From the NCBI GenBank assembly GCA_029856125.1, contig JAHQWJ010000062.1:1-64000 (forward strand): a stretch of DNA of 64,000 nucleotides. Direction: 5' to 3'. The DNA is from Promethearchaeia archaeon. Its GTDB lineage: Archaea > Asgardarchaeota > Lokiarchaeia > Sigyniarchaeales > SOKP01. Positions 10,170 to 19,867 of the stretch are shown here, in pieces. The notes beneath the pieces are model-generated. The model had not been told where the DNA came from. It ran no database searches and saw only the letters and a list, made by a program, of their open reading frames with translations. The translations under genes were made by a program, and so were the position numbers. How positions within the stretch are numbered: position 1 is the first letter of the stretch; each line of letters starts with the position of its first letter.

Positions 10170-10760
10170 ATAATCAAATTCAAAGTAATCGTAGCTGGGG
10201 CTAAAAATGTCGGAAAAACGTCTCTCATAAGGCGATATGCAACAGGAAAATTTGATAAATCAACTCTATCAACGATTGGAGTAGATTTTGAAACAAAGAA
10301 AGTAGTAGTTGATGATACTGAGATTCTCTTAAATATTTGGGATTTCGCTGGAGAGAAAAAGTTTCGACTTCTACTTCCCTCATACGTATCGGGAGCTTCT
10401 GGTGCTTTAATGCTTTATGATATAACAAATAAAGATTCTTTAGAAGACCTTCATGATTGGGTAAAAACTATTAGTTCTGTTCCAAATTACCCTAAAACTA
10501 AGCTACTGATTGAGGCAAAAATTGACTTAGAAAACCAGAGAGAAGTATCTCATGATGACGCTAAAGCCTTATTTGACAAATACAAATTTCAAGGAGACAT
10601 CCATGGTGTTTCATCAAAGACGGGAGAAAATGTCGAAAATGTTTTTGAGACACTTGGAAGAGAGATTATCAAGAATTCTTTAAAAAAATGTACTAGTTGC
10701 GACAAGTTTTATCCTTTAGAGCTTAAGTATTGTCAATATTGTGGTCAGAAAACACGTTAA
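10170..10760 (+). CDS. Rab-like small GTPase with C-terminal zinc ribbon
   Basis: Frame extends upstream of the ORF-track start: G1 GAKNVGKT, G2 TIGVDF, G3 WDFAGE, G4 EAKID, G5 SSKTG; C-terminal CTSC..CQYC. Start probably ATA 10170. Confidence 0.9.
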   Translation: MIKFKVIVAGAKNVGKTSLIRRYATGKFDKSTLSTIGVDFETKKVVVDDTEILLNIWDFAGEKKFRLLLPSYVSGASGALMLYDITNKDSLEDLHDWVKTISSVPNYPKTKLLIEAKIDLENQREVSHDDAKALFDKYKFQGDIHGVSSKTGENVENVFETLGREIIKNSLKKCTSCDKFYPLELKYCQYCGQKTR

Positions 10761-10867
10761 TTCTGTTAATTGATTATATTCAAATATAAGGATTGTAGAA
10801 TCTATATCTTTTTAAAAAATAAAACGCTTATCAAAAATAATATTCTAAGAAATATAGGTAATTTAAC

Positions 10868-11938
10868 TTGAAATACGATTTAAATGATGACATCAACGAA
10901 ATCTTAAAGCGTTTAAAAGACGATGAAATTTCTTTTCATGGTAAAAAAATTTTAGTTACAGGAGGAGCGGGTTTCTTAGGTTCATGGGTTTGTGATGTAT
11001 TAGTTAAGCAAGGAGCCTATTGTATCTGTTTAGATAACCTTTCTTCAGGAAGATTTGAAAATATCTCACATTTAATGGATAAGGATAATTTTCGCTTTAT
11101 AAATCACGATATTTCTAAACCAGTATTTTTTGGGTTCACACATCATCCAAATGGAATGTGTATCGGCGATATTAAAAGAATCGACATTGTTATGCATATG
11201 GCAAGTAGAGCGTCTCCGTTTGAGTTTAGTAAATTTCCAATACCCATATTAAAAAGTAATACTTTAGGGACCATGAATGCTCTGGGAATTGCAAAAGCTC
11301 ATAATGCCATATTTTTTTATACGAGCACCTCTGAGGTTTATGGGAACCCTCCCGATGATGTTATCCCAACATCTGAAGAATATTTTGGGCATGTTAACCC
11401 TGTTGGCCCCAGAAGTTGCTACGACGAATCTAAGAGAGCCGGAGAAGCTTTTGTTAAAGCTTACGAGCTCCAACATGGTATTAAAACAAAAATAGTTCGA
11501 ATTTTTAATACTTCTGGTCCCAGGATCCGATCCGGTCCGGAATTTGGTAGAGTTATCCCTAACTTTATCCATCAAGCGTTAAAAAACGAAGAAATAACTA
11601 TTTTTGGTGATGGGTCACAAACAAGATCATTTATTTATGTTGTTGATGAGATTGAAGGACTCTTAAAAATTGTTTATAAAGACGAAGCGATTGGAGAGGT
11701 TATTAATTTAGGAAATAATAAAGAATACACTATCTTAGAATTGGCTAAAATTATCAAAGAATTATCCAATTCAGAATCAAAAATTACTTTTAAACCTCTA
11801 CCTATTGACGATCCAACAAGAAGATGTGCTGATTTAAAAAAAGCAAACAGAATCTTAAATTGGCAACCCTCGACTCCTCTGAAAGAGGGGTTATCGAAAA
11901 CTATAGCTTGGTTCAAAGATAATGTCAAAAATGGATAA
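10868..11938 (+). CDS. uxs: UDP-glucuronate decarboxylase (UDP-xylose synthase), extended SDR
   Basis: TGGAGFLG, ASRASP, STSEVYG, PRSCYDESKR, GDGSQTRSF and DDPTRR. Confidence 0.88.
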   Translation: MKYDLNDDINEILKRLKDDEISFHGKKILVTGGAGFLGSWVCDVLVKQGAYCICLDNLSSGRFENISHLMDKDNFRFINHDISKPVFFGFTHHPNGMCIGDIKRIDIVMHMASRASPFEFSKFPIPILKSNTLGTMNALGIAKAHNAIFFYTSTSEVYGNPPDDVIPTSEEYFGHVNPVGPRSCYDESKRAGEAFVKAYELQHGIKTKIVRIFNTSGPRIRSGPEFGRVIPNFIHQALKNEEITIFGDGSQTRSFIYVVDEIEGLLKIVYKDEAIGEVINLGNNKEYTILELAKIIKELSNSESKITFKPLPIDDPTRRCADLKKANRILNWQPSTPLKEGLSKTIAWFKDNVKNG

Positions 11939-12446
11939 TACAAAAAATCTTAATAGTTTAAAAAAAAATTATAAAGAATTTGATAAAATCCTAAAAATTC
12001 TCTTAATTATTGGTATAATCATTATATCTGGGTTCATAATTTACGTCTTTTTAACTCCGAAACCGGGTTATTGGTATCTCGGTATTTTGAATTCTGACAA
12101 AAAAGCAGAAAATTACCCTACAGAAGCTGCTGTTGATGCAAATATTACTTTTTATATTTCTGTTGGAAATTATTTAAATCGAGATTTTTCATTCCAAATA
12201 GAAATTTTAAAGGGAGATAACGATACGATACTAAGCTCATCACCTTCGTTAAACGCAATCTCCTTTGTAAATTCATCGACAATTACTTTACAACATAGAG
12301 CAGAATGGGTTTCAAGTGCATTTAATGTTTCTTTTTCAGAGCCGGGGGTTAACTTATCAATAATCGCAGAACTATGGGAAATCCCATCTGTAGGAGTTAG
12401 AAGATTTTATGATGTTGTATATATAAGATTAAATAGGACTTCCTAA
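11922..12446 (+). CDS. DUF1616-like membrane-anchored protein
   Basis: N-terminal TM helix, then LGILN...KAENYPT and a beta-rich domain; overlaps the uxs stop. Confidence 0.6.
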   Translation: MSKMDNTKNLNSLKKNYKEFDKILKILLIIGIIIISGFIIYVFLTPKPGYWYLGILNSDKKAENYPTEAAVDANITFYISVGNYLNRDFSFQIEILKGDNDTILSSSPSLNAISFVNSSTITLQHRAEWVSSAFNVSFSEPGVNLSIIAELWEIPSVGVRRFYDVVYIRLNRTS

Positions 12447-13819
12447 CTCTGGGCTCCTATTATTTGAACCTTATCAATTTTTACATAGGGTGCGGAGTAA
12501 GGTCCGTAAATCTTATATTCCTTTGATATGGAAGTTATATTTTCAAATAAATCTAATAGGTTTATACCGAACATGGTCTCATTTAAAGCGTGTTTTATTT
12601 CTCCATTTTGTATCAAATTACCTTGCGAAATCAAACCTGAAAAATCACCAGTTGCAATATTAGGAGAGTCTGCGGTTGAGTTTAACAAAATTCCTTCTTT
12701 CACATTTTGTATTAATTCATCTTTTAGTGTGATTCCAGGTTGAAAAACTAAATTCGATATTCCTATTGAAGGAATGGAGCTAAACGATCTTCTTGACGCA
12801 TTTCCAGTGCTTTCAACATTCTCCTTTCCGGCGGTATAACTGTTGTGCAACAATCCTGATTGCAGAAATTGTCCATGTTCGATAATATTTTTATTCCTAC
12901 AAGGAAAACCTTCGCCATCAAAAATATTAGAGCCAACTCTACCATTAATTAGGGCGTTATCATCTATATTTATCAAATCTGAACCGATCTTTTTACCTCT
13001 TTTGCCAACCAAAAAACTTCGTTTATATTGGTACGTCTCTGCATTTATTGCAGATGCAATTGGATTTAATATAAGATTTATTGTCCCCCTAGGAGAAAGG
13101 ATCACTTGCATTTTTTTTGTTTTGATCTTTTTTCTATGTAGATTTCTCTTAGCATTTTTTAGCGCTTCCTCTGCAGTTTTTGTTCCATCAATATCAACTA
13201 GCTTTCTTCTCATTTGAGATTCGTATCCATTTGAAACTTCTCCATTAATCGCATCTTTCACAATCATGTTTGACGATATATTAAAATAAGTCTCCTCTCC
13301 ACTTACCTCAACACCGTTCGAGTTGAAAACATAAGAAAGATTGCTATTAGCTGTAAAATCCCCAGATTGTGATATTGCTTGGTCATCTTCAGTACAAGTT
13401 TTTATCAAGTCTTTAACATATTCTATTGCATCTTCGATTGATAAGTTCTTTATGCTTCTGTCGTATAACCCTTCAACCACGGGGTAAGGTTTTAATTTTT
13501 CAGGCAAATTTTTAAAATCTGGATCCGGAGTTCCAACACGCATCATTTTGATGGCATTTTTAACAATTTTTTCTACAACATTTTTTTTTAATATGTTTGT
13601 AAATGCGAACCCAATGGACCCATTTTTTCGATATACTCTGATTGAAATTCCATGGTTTCCCCCAATTTCGCTATATTTTACCGAATTTTCCTCTACTTCG
13701 ATATTCAGATATTCACTTTTTCCGATAAAAACTTCAGCACATTTATAATTTGAATAATTTTTTTCTGCAATTTTAATAGCAAATTTAGCAAGCTCAAATA
13801 TGTCTATATCCTCATACAT
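12443..13819 (-). CDS. pmbA: PmbA/TldE family protein
   Basis: FDGEG, STGNASR and TGDFS motifs; lacks HExxxH; abuts tldD. Confidence 0.88.
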   Translation of the reverse strand: MYEDIDIFELAKFAIKIAEKNYSNYKCAEVFIGKSEYLNIEVEENSVKYSEIGGNHGISIRVYRKNGSIGFAFTNILKKNVVEKIVKNAIKMMRVGTPDPDFKNLPEKLKPYPVVEGLYDRSIKNLSIEDAIEYVKDLIKTCTEDDQAISQSGDFTANSNLSYVFNSNGVEVSGEETYFNISSNMIVKDAINGEVSNGYESQMRRKLVDIDGTKTAEEALKNAKRNLHRKKIKTKKMQVILSPRGTINLILNPIASAINAETYQYKRSFLVGKRGKKIGSDLINIDDNALINGRVGSNIFDGEGFPCRNKNIIEHGQFLQSGLLHNSYTAGKENVESTGNASRRSFSSIPSIGISNLVFQPGITLKDELIQNVKEGILLNSTADSPNIATGDFSGLISQGNLIQNGEIKHALNETMFGINLLDLFENITSISKEYKIYGPYSAPYVKIDKVQIIGAQS

Positions 13820-15271
13820 TTAATTTAAACCTCCCACCGTGATGTCATCAACTCTGATATATGGGCCACCATCGCAAACTCTAACGCTTTGACCTCCCTT
13901 TCCGCAAACACCGTCGCTGTAGCTAAATGATTTTTGATCACCTATCGCTGAAACCTTTTTTAGCACTTCGAGAATCATTCCCGACAACGCAACATCCCTC
14001 ATTAATTCCTTTCTTTCTCCATTTTCGATTTTATACGAGAACTTACACTTAAATTGAAAGTTTCCAGTAGTCGGATTAGTATAACCATACAAAAAATCTT
14101 CGCAAAGAATCCCATTTTTCGTGTCTTGTATTAATTCTTCAATATTCCAATCTTTTGGTTCAATGTAAGTGAACCCCATTCGTACTTGAGGTTTAGCGGA
14201 ACTAGATGAAGCTCTCCCGTGACCGTTTGGGGGTAAATTCATTCTTGAAGATGTTTCTAAATTATGCAAGTAGTTTTTTAGTATTCCATTTTCAATAATT
14301 GTTGTTTTTTGGGATGGAATTCCTTCGTCATCTATAAAGTAGCTCCCAAATAACTCATAAGGAAGCCCTAGTTTTTTACCTTGTCCCATTGAAGGATCAT
14401 CGATCACATTGATATCTGGTAAAGCTATTCTTTTTCCTATTTTTTCTTTCAAAATACTTTCTTTACTTAAAACCAAATCAGCCTCACAAGCATGTCCAAG
14501 GGCTTCGTGAATTAAGGTTCCGGCTAGTTTAGGATCAGCAATAATGGTAAATTGTCCACCTATCGGAGATTTCGCATCTAGTAATTTAATCGATTCTTGG
14601 GCAGTTTTTTCGCTTAATTTTTCTGCTTTTTCTGTTAATACTATCTCAAATCCACCTAAACCTCCTACAGAATTAATAGATCTCTGGGTTATTCCTGCTT
14701 TTCGGGAATATACCATATTTAGTAATCGCAAATACGAAAGTTTTTGTTTAATTTTACTACCAAATGAACTGATAAAGATGTAATTGCTAACGCCATCCAT
14801 ATAAATTGTTCGCGTATTTGTTACTAACTTAGAAGAACCTGCGGCAATTTTTTCATGAGATTTTACTAATTTTATTTTTTCTTCGATACTTACATCCGAT
14901 AAGGGTAGTTTGCTGTCAATTTTGAAGCTTCTCTCTAATGGATCCCTTTCGGTTATTTTAAACTCATTTTTTAATAAGGATCGTGTTAATTTCGCCAGCT
15001 TTATTGATTTTAAGAAGCTAGATCTAATACTGTCCTTGTTAAGATCCTTGAAAACACTAAAACCCCATCCTCCATTTATAAAAGCTCTTATTCCACAATT
15101 TGTCATCTCATAAGAAGAAATCTCCGTACTCCTTTGATCTGTGAAATCTAAAGTCGTTCCTTCACTAACCGTTGCTCTAATATCCCAATATTCAACTTTA
15201 TCCCCCGCCTCTCGTAATAAATCTGCTACGAAAGCATTGTTAAACAGGCTTAATTCGTTATCTGTCTCCAT
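13820..15271 (-). CDS. tldD: TldD family metalloprotease
   Basis: IHEALGHACEAD zinc motif, DDEG, NGHGRA, CGKGGQ..DGGP. Start set at ATG 15271. Confidence 0.92.
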   Translation of the reverse strand: METDNELSLFNNAFVADLLREAGDKVEYWDIRATVSEGTTLDFTDQRSTEISSYEMTNCGIRAFINGGWGFSVFKDLNKDSIRSSFLKSIKLAKLTRSLLKNEFKITERDPLERSFKIDSKLPLSDVSIEEKIKLVKSHEKIAAGSSKLVTNTRTIYMDGVSNYIFISSFGSKIKQKLSYLRLLNMVYSRKAGITQRSINSVGGLGGFEIVLTEKAEKLSEKTAQESIKLLDAKSPIGGQFTIIADPKLAGTLIHEALGHACEADLVLSKESILKEKIGKRIALPDINVIDDPSMGQGKKLGLPYELFGSYFIDDEGIPSQKTTIIENGILKNYLHNLETSSRMNLPPNGHGRASSSSAKPQVRMGFTYIEPKDWNIEELIQDTKNGILCEDFLYGYTNPTTGNFQFKCKFSYKIENGERKELMRDVALSGMILEVLKKVSAIGDQKSFSYSDGVCGKGGQSVRVCDGGPYIRVDDITVGGLN

Positions 15272-15381
15272 AAAACTCGTCAAATCACAATATAACAATT
15301 AAACTTCTTGATAAATAATAATAAGAGTCTTAGAAGAGTGAAGAATCGAGGTTTAAATAATTTTTTTCTTTATAGGATTTT

Positions 15382-15627
15382 TTAATTCAAATTTTTTTCA
15401 TAATCTAGAAATTTAAAAAGAGTCTCTTTTTCTCCTTTCATTTTTATTTTCTTGATAATTTTAATAGCGTCACTTAAAGTTACCGTTCTTACAATCTTAA
15501 ATGAGTTTTTAAACTGAAAAGATCGATTACACTTCCAACATTTTTTCGTTTTTATTATTTTATTGCTATAATACCATTCTCCGCAATGGTAACAACGATA
15601 AAAGTAGAATTTCTGAACATTACGCAT
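15382..15627 (-). CDS. Small zinc-ribbon protein (DUF1922-like)
   Basis: RCYHCG...KKCWKCN. Confidence 0.65.
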   Translation of the reverse strand: MRNVQKFYFYRCYHCGEWYYSNKIIKTKKCWKCNRSFQFKNSFKIVRTVTLSDAIKIIKKIKMKGEKETLFKFLDYEKNLN

Positions 15628-15793
15628 TATTGGGAAATAATATAATTCTGAGCATATATGTAAAATAAGGCTACAAGTTTTCTAACATACAATAAATATA
15701 TTTGATAGTTAATATATAGAATATATAAAAAAAAGTTAAATTTACCAGAGACGTTATTATTCCTAGAATGCATCTTAAAAAGTTGGGGTCGTT

Positions 15794-16456
15794 ATGAAGG
15801 AGATAACTGAGAAAGAATTAAAAAAGTTAAATATCGACGAATTAACGCACTTGTTTGTGGATAATATAAATGAACAAAATTTGAAATTAATTGAAGGTAT
15901 AGAATTTCTGGTCGAGGAAAAATTTGATGCTTTCACGAAAAATTTAAATTACGTAATAGAGACAAATACGGAAGTACAAATCAAGAAAGTTTTTGAAGGT
16001 AAAATCTTCAAATCTAAATTAATGTTCTCAAAAGCAGACAGGTTAAAACTATTCACTAAAATTAATGATATCAAAAATATTGGAGAATTTTTCGCCAATA
16101 AAATGCTTCTTTACAAAGTCGTATTTCCAGATAATGAATTTAAAACCCAACTCGTTAGCGTTTTAAAATCATTAAAATCGATATCTAATGGTTTAACTGA
16201 AGCGATAAAAGCTATAGGCTCGGATTTGAGTAAAGCTCATAATATTTGTGAAGATGTGAAAGAAGAAAGAAGAAAAATGAGAAAAGAAGAGTGGGAATTA
16301 CTAAACCGTTTGTATAATTATGACATGGATTACTTATCAAGAACTTTTCTTTACTTGAAAGAACTAATAGAAGATATTATGATGTTGGCTGACCATATTA
16401 AAAGTTTTTCTGAGTATATTCAATTTTTAGCAACAAAATACTTAATCTTTGATTAA
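15794..16456 (+). CDS. Divergent DUF47/PhoU-like phosphate transport regulator
   Basis: All-helical with a two-repeat pattern (ADRLKL..I.DI; ELIEDIMMLADHI); directly upstream of PiT. Confidence 0.6.
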   Translation: MKEITEKELKKLNIDELTHLFVDNINEQNLKLIEGIEFLVEEKFDAFTKNLNYVIETNTEVQIKKVFEGKIFKSKLMFSKADRLKLFTKINDIKNIGEFFANKMLLYKVVFPDNEFKTQLVSVLKSLKSISNGLTEAIKAIGSDLSKAHNICEDVKEERRKMRKEEWELLNRLYNYDMDYLSRTFLYLKELIEDIMMLADHIKSFSEYIQFLATKYLIFD

Positions 16457-16465
16457 AAAAACTGA

Positions 16466-17503
16466 TTGGCCATGGCAGTTGACATAATTTCGATTCTAGT
16501 AGTTGTTTTAATTGTCTTGGCAATCGCCCTCGCATTTTCTATAGGTGCAAATGATGAAACTCTATCCACTCTAGTTGGAGCTGGAGTTATTAAATTCAAA
16601 GTAGCCTTACTGATTGGTGGTTTAGCAGTTGGAGTAGGGATGTTCTCCTTTAGTTTTGCGTTTGTAGCAAAAACCGTTGGTGCTGATTTATTAGGTGAAG
16701 CGGTAACTTATACAGAATTTATGTTGTTAGCTGTGTTAATGAGTAGTATCTTGTGGTTAGTAATTGGAAGTTTCTCAGGAATTCCCTTAAGTAGCACACA
16801 TTCATTAGTAGGAAGTATATTTGGAGTTGTAGTTGTGTATGCATTAACACATGGAGATGTTAATCCTGAAACAGCGTTTAATTGGGTAAAATTAAATAAC
16901 GTAATTCTTGGTTGGTTCTTTTCTCCATTGTTTGGATTGATCATTACATTTGTACTTTTTAAATTACTTGCGAAAGCTTATCTATCCCGATTAAAAGGTT
17001 TAAATCAAATCGAAAAATCTGAGAAAAATTTCAAATGGTTATTATTAATTGCAGTGATTTTTGCTGAGATATGGGTGGGAGCAAATTCTGGTGAGGCGTT
17101 AGGTATACTTTATGGATTATTGGATGGAGGTAGTTTGAATTTGGAGCAATATTTATTCTTTGCATTTATTTGTGGTGTTTTTTCTTGTCTTGGGATATAT
17201 ATTGCAGCGCGGTATGTTGTTAGAAATCTGGCATCTCAAATGATGGATTCTCGACCTAGCGAAAGCCTCATTACACAAATAAGTTCTGCCCTGATTCTTA
17301 TGATTGCTACCCTATTAAGCTTACCTATTTCCCATAGTCACGTAATAGTATTTTGCATAATTGGAATGAGTGTGGCTCAAAGAAAAGAAGTTGATTACAA
17401 AGGCTTAGGAAAAATGGCTATATACTGGATTCTTACTTTTCCAGTTGCTGCAATTCTAGCAGGGTTGATTTATTTTGGATTTAATTTATTTGGATTAGTC
17501 TAA
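16466..17503 (+). CDS. PiT family inorganic phosphate transporter
   Basis: GAND, PLSSTHSLVG, GANS and PISHSH signature repeats; polytopic membrane protein. Confidence 0.88.
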   Translation: MAMAVDIISILVVVLIVLAIALAFSIGANDETLSTLVGAGVIKFKVALLIGGLAVGVGMFSFSFAFVAKTVGADLLGEAVTYTEFMLLAVLMSSILWLVIGSFSGIPLSSTHSLVGSIFGVVVVYALTHGDVNPETAFNWVKLNNVILGWFFSPLFGLIITFVLFKLLAKAYLSRLKGLNQIEKSEKNFKWLLLIAVIFAEIWVGANSGEALGILYGLLDGGSLNLEQYLFFAFICGVFSCLGIYIAARYVVRNLASQMMDSRPSESLITQISSALILMIATLLSLPISHSHVIVFCIIGMSVAQRKEVDYKGLGKMAIYWILTFPVAAILAGLIYFGFNLFGLV

Positions 17504-17572
17504 TAAACTATAAAAAATACTTAGTAATAGTAAAATATAGCACTAATAAAGAAAAGAAAAGATGTGATAAAA

Positions 17573-18256
17573 ATGGGTTCATTAATAGAATTTCTAAAAA
17601 GAGAAACGGCATTGAATGTTTTAGAAAAAACAATCAAACATGCTCAAATCGTTCAACAATGTGTAAGAGAATTAGAAGTTGGGCTTAAAGTATTGCTTAA
17701 GGAAGAGAATTTTGAAAAATCTCGCGAAAACTTTCACAAAGTTGATCTTTTAGAAGACGAAGCAGACAAGTTAAGAAGAGAAATATTGAAAGATGTTTCG
17801 AGAGGAGAATTAAATCCTAGTATAAGACAAAATTTATCACATCTTATAAAAAGATTAGATGATGTAGCAAATTGTAGCACGGGAGTTGCTCGTAGAATTA
17901 CTACCATTCCTATAAAATTTTGGGAGCAGAGTAGTGAAGAAACTTTAAAATTAATATTAGAAATAATTGAAACAACTGTAGAAGCGGTAAGCAATTTAGA
18001 TAAGCTTGTTAGTGATTTAGTGGGCGAAAGGAAAAGTGTGAAAGAATATGCCGAAAAGATTAATCAATTGGAACATGATGTAGACCTTTTAAATATCAAA
18101 CTAAGAGAAAACCTTCAAAAAACAGAGTATGATGTTAATTTCTTTACAATTTTCACTGTTGGCAATATTTTTGACATTTTGGAAGCAATATCCGATTCTA
18201 TTGAAGGCGTTGCAGACTATATTATAGTTCTCCTTACAAGTTCCCGCGTTCTCTAG
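17573..18256 (+). CDS. DUF47 (TIGR00153) phosphate transport regulator
   Basis: LEDEADKLRREI, LDDVAN, LEHDVD and LEAISDSIEGVAD repeats. Confidence 0.85.
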   Translation: MGSLIEFLKRETALNVLEKTIKHAQIVQQCVRELEVGLKVLLKEENFEKSRENFHKVDLLEDEADKLRREILKDVSRGELNPSIRQNLSHLIKRLDDVANCSTGVARRITTIPIKFWEQSSEETLKLILEIIETTVEAVSNLDKLVSDLVGERKSVKEYAEKINQLEHDVDLLNIKLRENLQKTEYDVNFFTIFTVGNIFDILEAISDSIEGVADYIIVLLTSSRVL

Positions 18257-18357
18257 AGTTGAATGTTTAACAAATATAGCTCAGTAAAATTTATTGATTC
18301 TTTAGTAAAATGAGTTAATTCTTTTAAAAAAAAGTGAAATATAAAAAATTTTAATGT

Positions 18358-19251
18358 TTAATTCTTTGATTCAAAATTAATACTAATATTGGCGAGAAGT
18401 TCTTTATATCTTGAACGCAAAGTTACTTCAGTGACTGAAATAACACGAGAGATGTCTTTTTGAGAGACTTTTACATTCCTTAACTTCGCTACAAGATATA
18501 TCGCACCAGCACATAATCCTTTAGGATCTTTTCCAGAAATAGAGGTTCTTACTATAAAGTTGTGAAGCATTTTCATAGCTTCTTTTTCCACCTCAATTCC
18601 TAAATTTAGATCAGCACAGTAACGCGGGATAAGAGTTACTGGGTTTATGTGGGATATTTTTAAATTTAACTCCCGAACTAATATCTTATAACACTTCTTT
18701 ACGATATTGTCGTTAATGGAAGCTTCTTCTAGTATTTCTTGAAGCGTTATAGGTACTTTTTCGTCTTTGCATGCGTAGTATGCGCAGGCTGCAACCATCC
18801 CATTTATCGATCTTCCTCGCAATAGTTGTCTTTTAAATACCTCTTTATATAATCTAACGGCAGATTTTTTTACTCTTTCGGGAAAATTTAGATTGCCCCC
18901 TATTCTTTTTAGTTCGGTAATGGCCATTAACATATTTCTCTTTTCCCAAGACAAATGCGTATTCCATTTAGCAGCTCTTCGTAAATCAGGATTTTTGATT
19001 TTGGTTCTATCGATAACAGTACTCAAACCTATATCTGGCATCAAGATAGACATAGGAGACCCTGTTCGCTCCTTTCTATCTTTTTCGTGTTTCGAATAAG
19101 CCCTTATTCCACTATGGGTAATATCCAATCCTCTCTCTCCAACAACTAGTCCACATTGTTTACAGACAGTTTCTCCTCTTTCTTGTATAATAAGAGTACT
19201 CCCCCCGCATTCGGGGCATAAATTTGATGTTACATCTAATTCAACAACCAT
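18358..19251 (-). CDS. tfb: Transcription initiation factor IIB (alternative paralog)
   Basis: Zn ribbon CPECG..CKQCG, RTGSP, two cyclin folds (LLRGRS, SGKDPKGLCAGAIY) and VTEVTLRSRYKEL. Confidence 0.95.
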   Translation of the reverse strand: MVVELDVTSNLCPECGGSTLIIQERGETVCKQCGLVVGERGLDITHSGIRAYSKHEKDRKERTGSPMSILMPDIGLSTVIDRTKIKNPDLRRAAKWNTHLSWEKRNMLMAITELKRIGGNLNFPERVKKSAVRLYKEVFKRQLLRGRSINGMVAACAYYACKDEKVPITLQEILEEASINDNIVKKCYKILVRELNLKISHINPVTLIPRYCADLNLGIEVEKEAMKMLHNFIVRTSISGKDPKGLCAGAIYLVAKLRNVKVSQKDISRVISVTEVTLRSRYKELLANISINFESKN

Positions 19252-19356
19252 ATTAAAATACCACTTTGCTTATAATTTAATAATTTTTTTTTGTCGTTCT
19301 TTTTTTTTTACTATTCTCGTTTTTCAAGAGAATAATAGGATAATTTTTTATTAATA

Positions 19357-19430
19357 CACACACAAACATTTTTTTTGAACACAATGTTTGAACACACATT
19401 ATAACAAACAATGATAAATTTGTATTTAAA
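19357..19430 (-). promoter_or_regulatory. tfb promoter region with operator-like repeat array
   Basis: TTTAAATA TATA-like element at 19423-19430 (minus); inverted repeat CAAACATT (19363-70) / AATGTTTG (19383-90); direct repeat TTTGAACACA (19374-83, 19387-96); CAAACAAT (19405-12). Confidence 0.45.
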
Positions 19431-19867
19431 TATTATGCTTTTGTAATACAAAATATATTTTTAGTAGTACATTTATTTTTTTTTTACCCTATTCTCCTAT
19501 GAAGAAAAGGAAATTAACTAATTTGAATATAAATATTTTTTTTTGAATTAATAATAGATATATCATAAGGGTATATATTTGGATTAAAAAAACTTCTCTT
19601 GAACCTTGGGAGGAATTATTTCCTTGATTCTGGTTCTTGATAATTCCGATATCTAAATATCGCACTAAATTTGCGACTTTGATCTTATTCGAGTTAAATT
19701 AACTAATTAATTATCGTGCTATCTTTTTACATAATTTTAAATAAAACTTTTACCACTAATTTTTTGAACTTTATTAACATTTTTTTAAAAGTATAATTTT
19801 CTTTTATGGTGAAAAACAGATATCGCTAGAACCGGAAAAATCAAATAATAAAGGAAATCCATCCACT

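Noticed and set aside
10225-10428. 67-aa minus-strand ORF
   Set aside because: Antisense to the G2-G3 region of the Rab-like GTPase.
19612-19647. GGAATTAT...ATAATTCC inverted repeat
   Set aside because: 8 bp with a 20-nt spacer in AT-rich DNA; plausible by chance.
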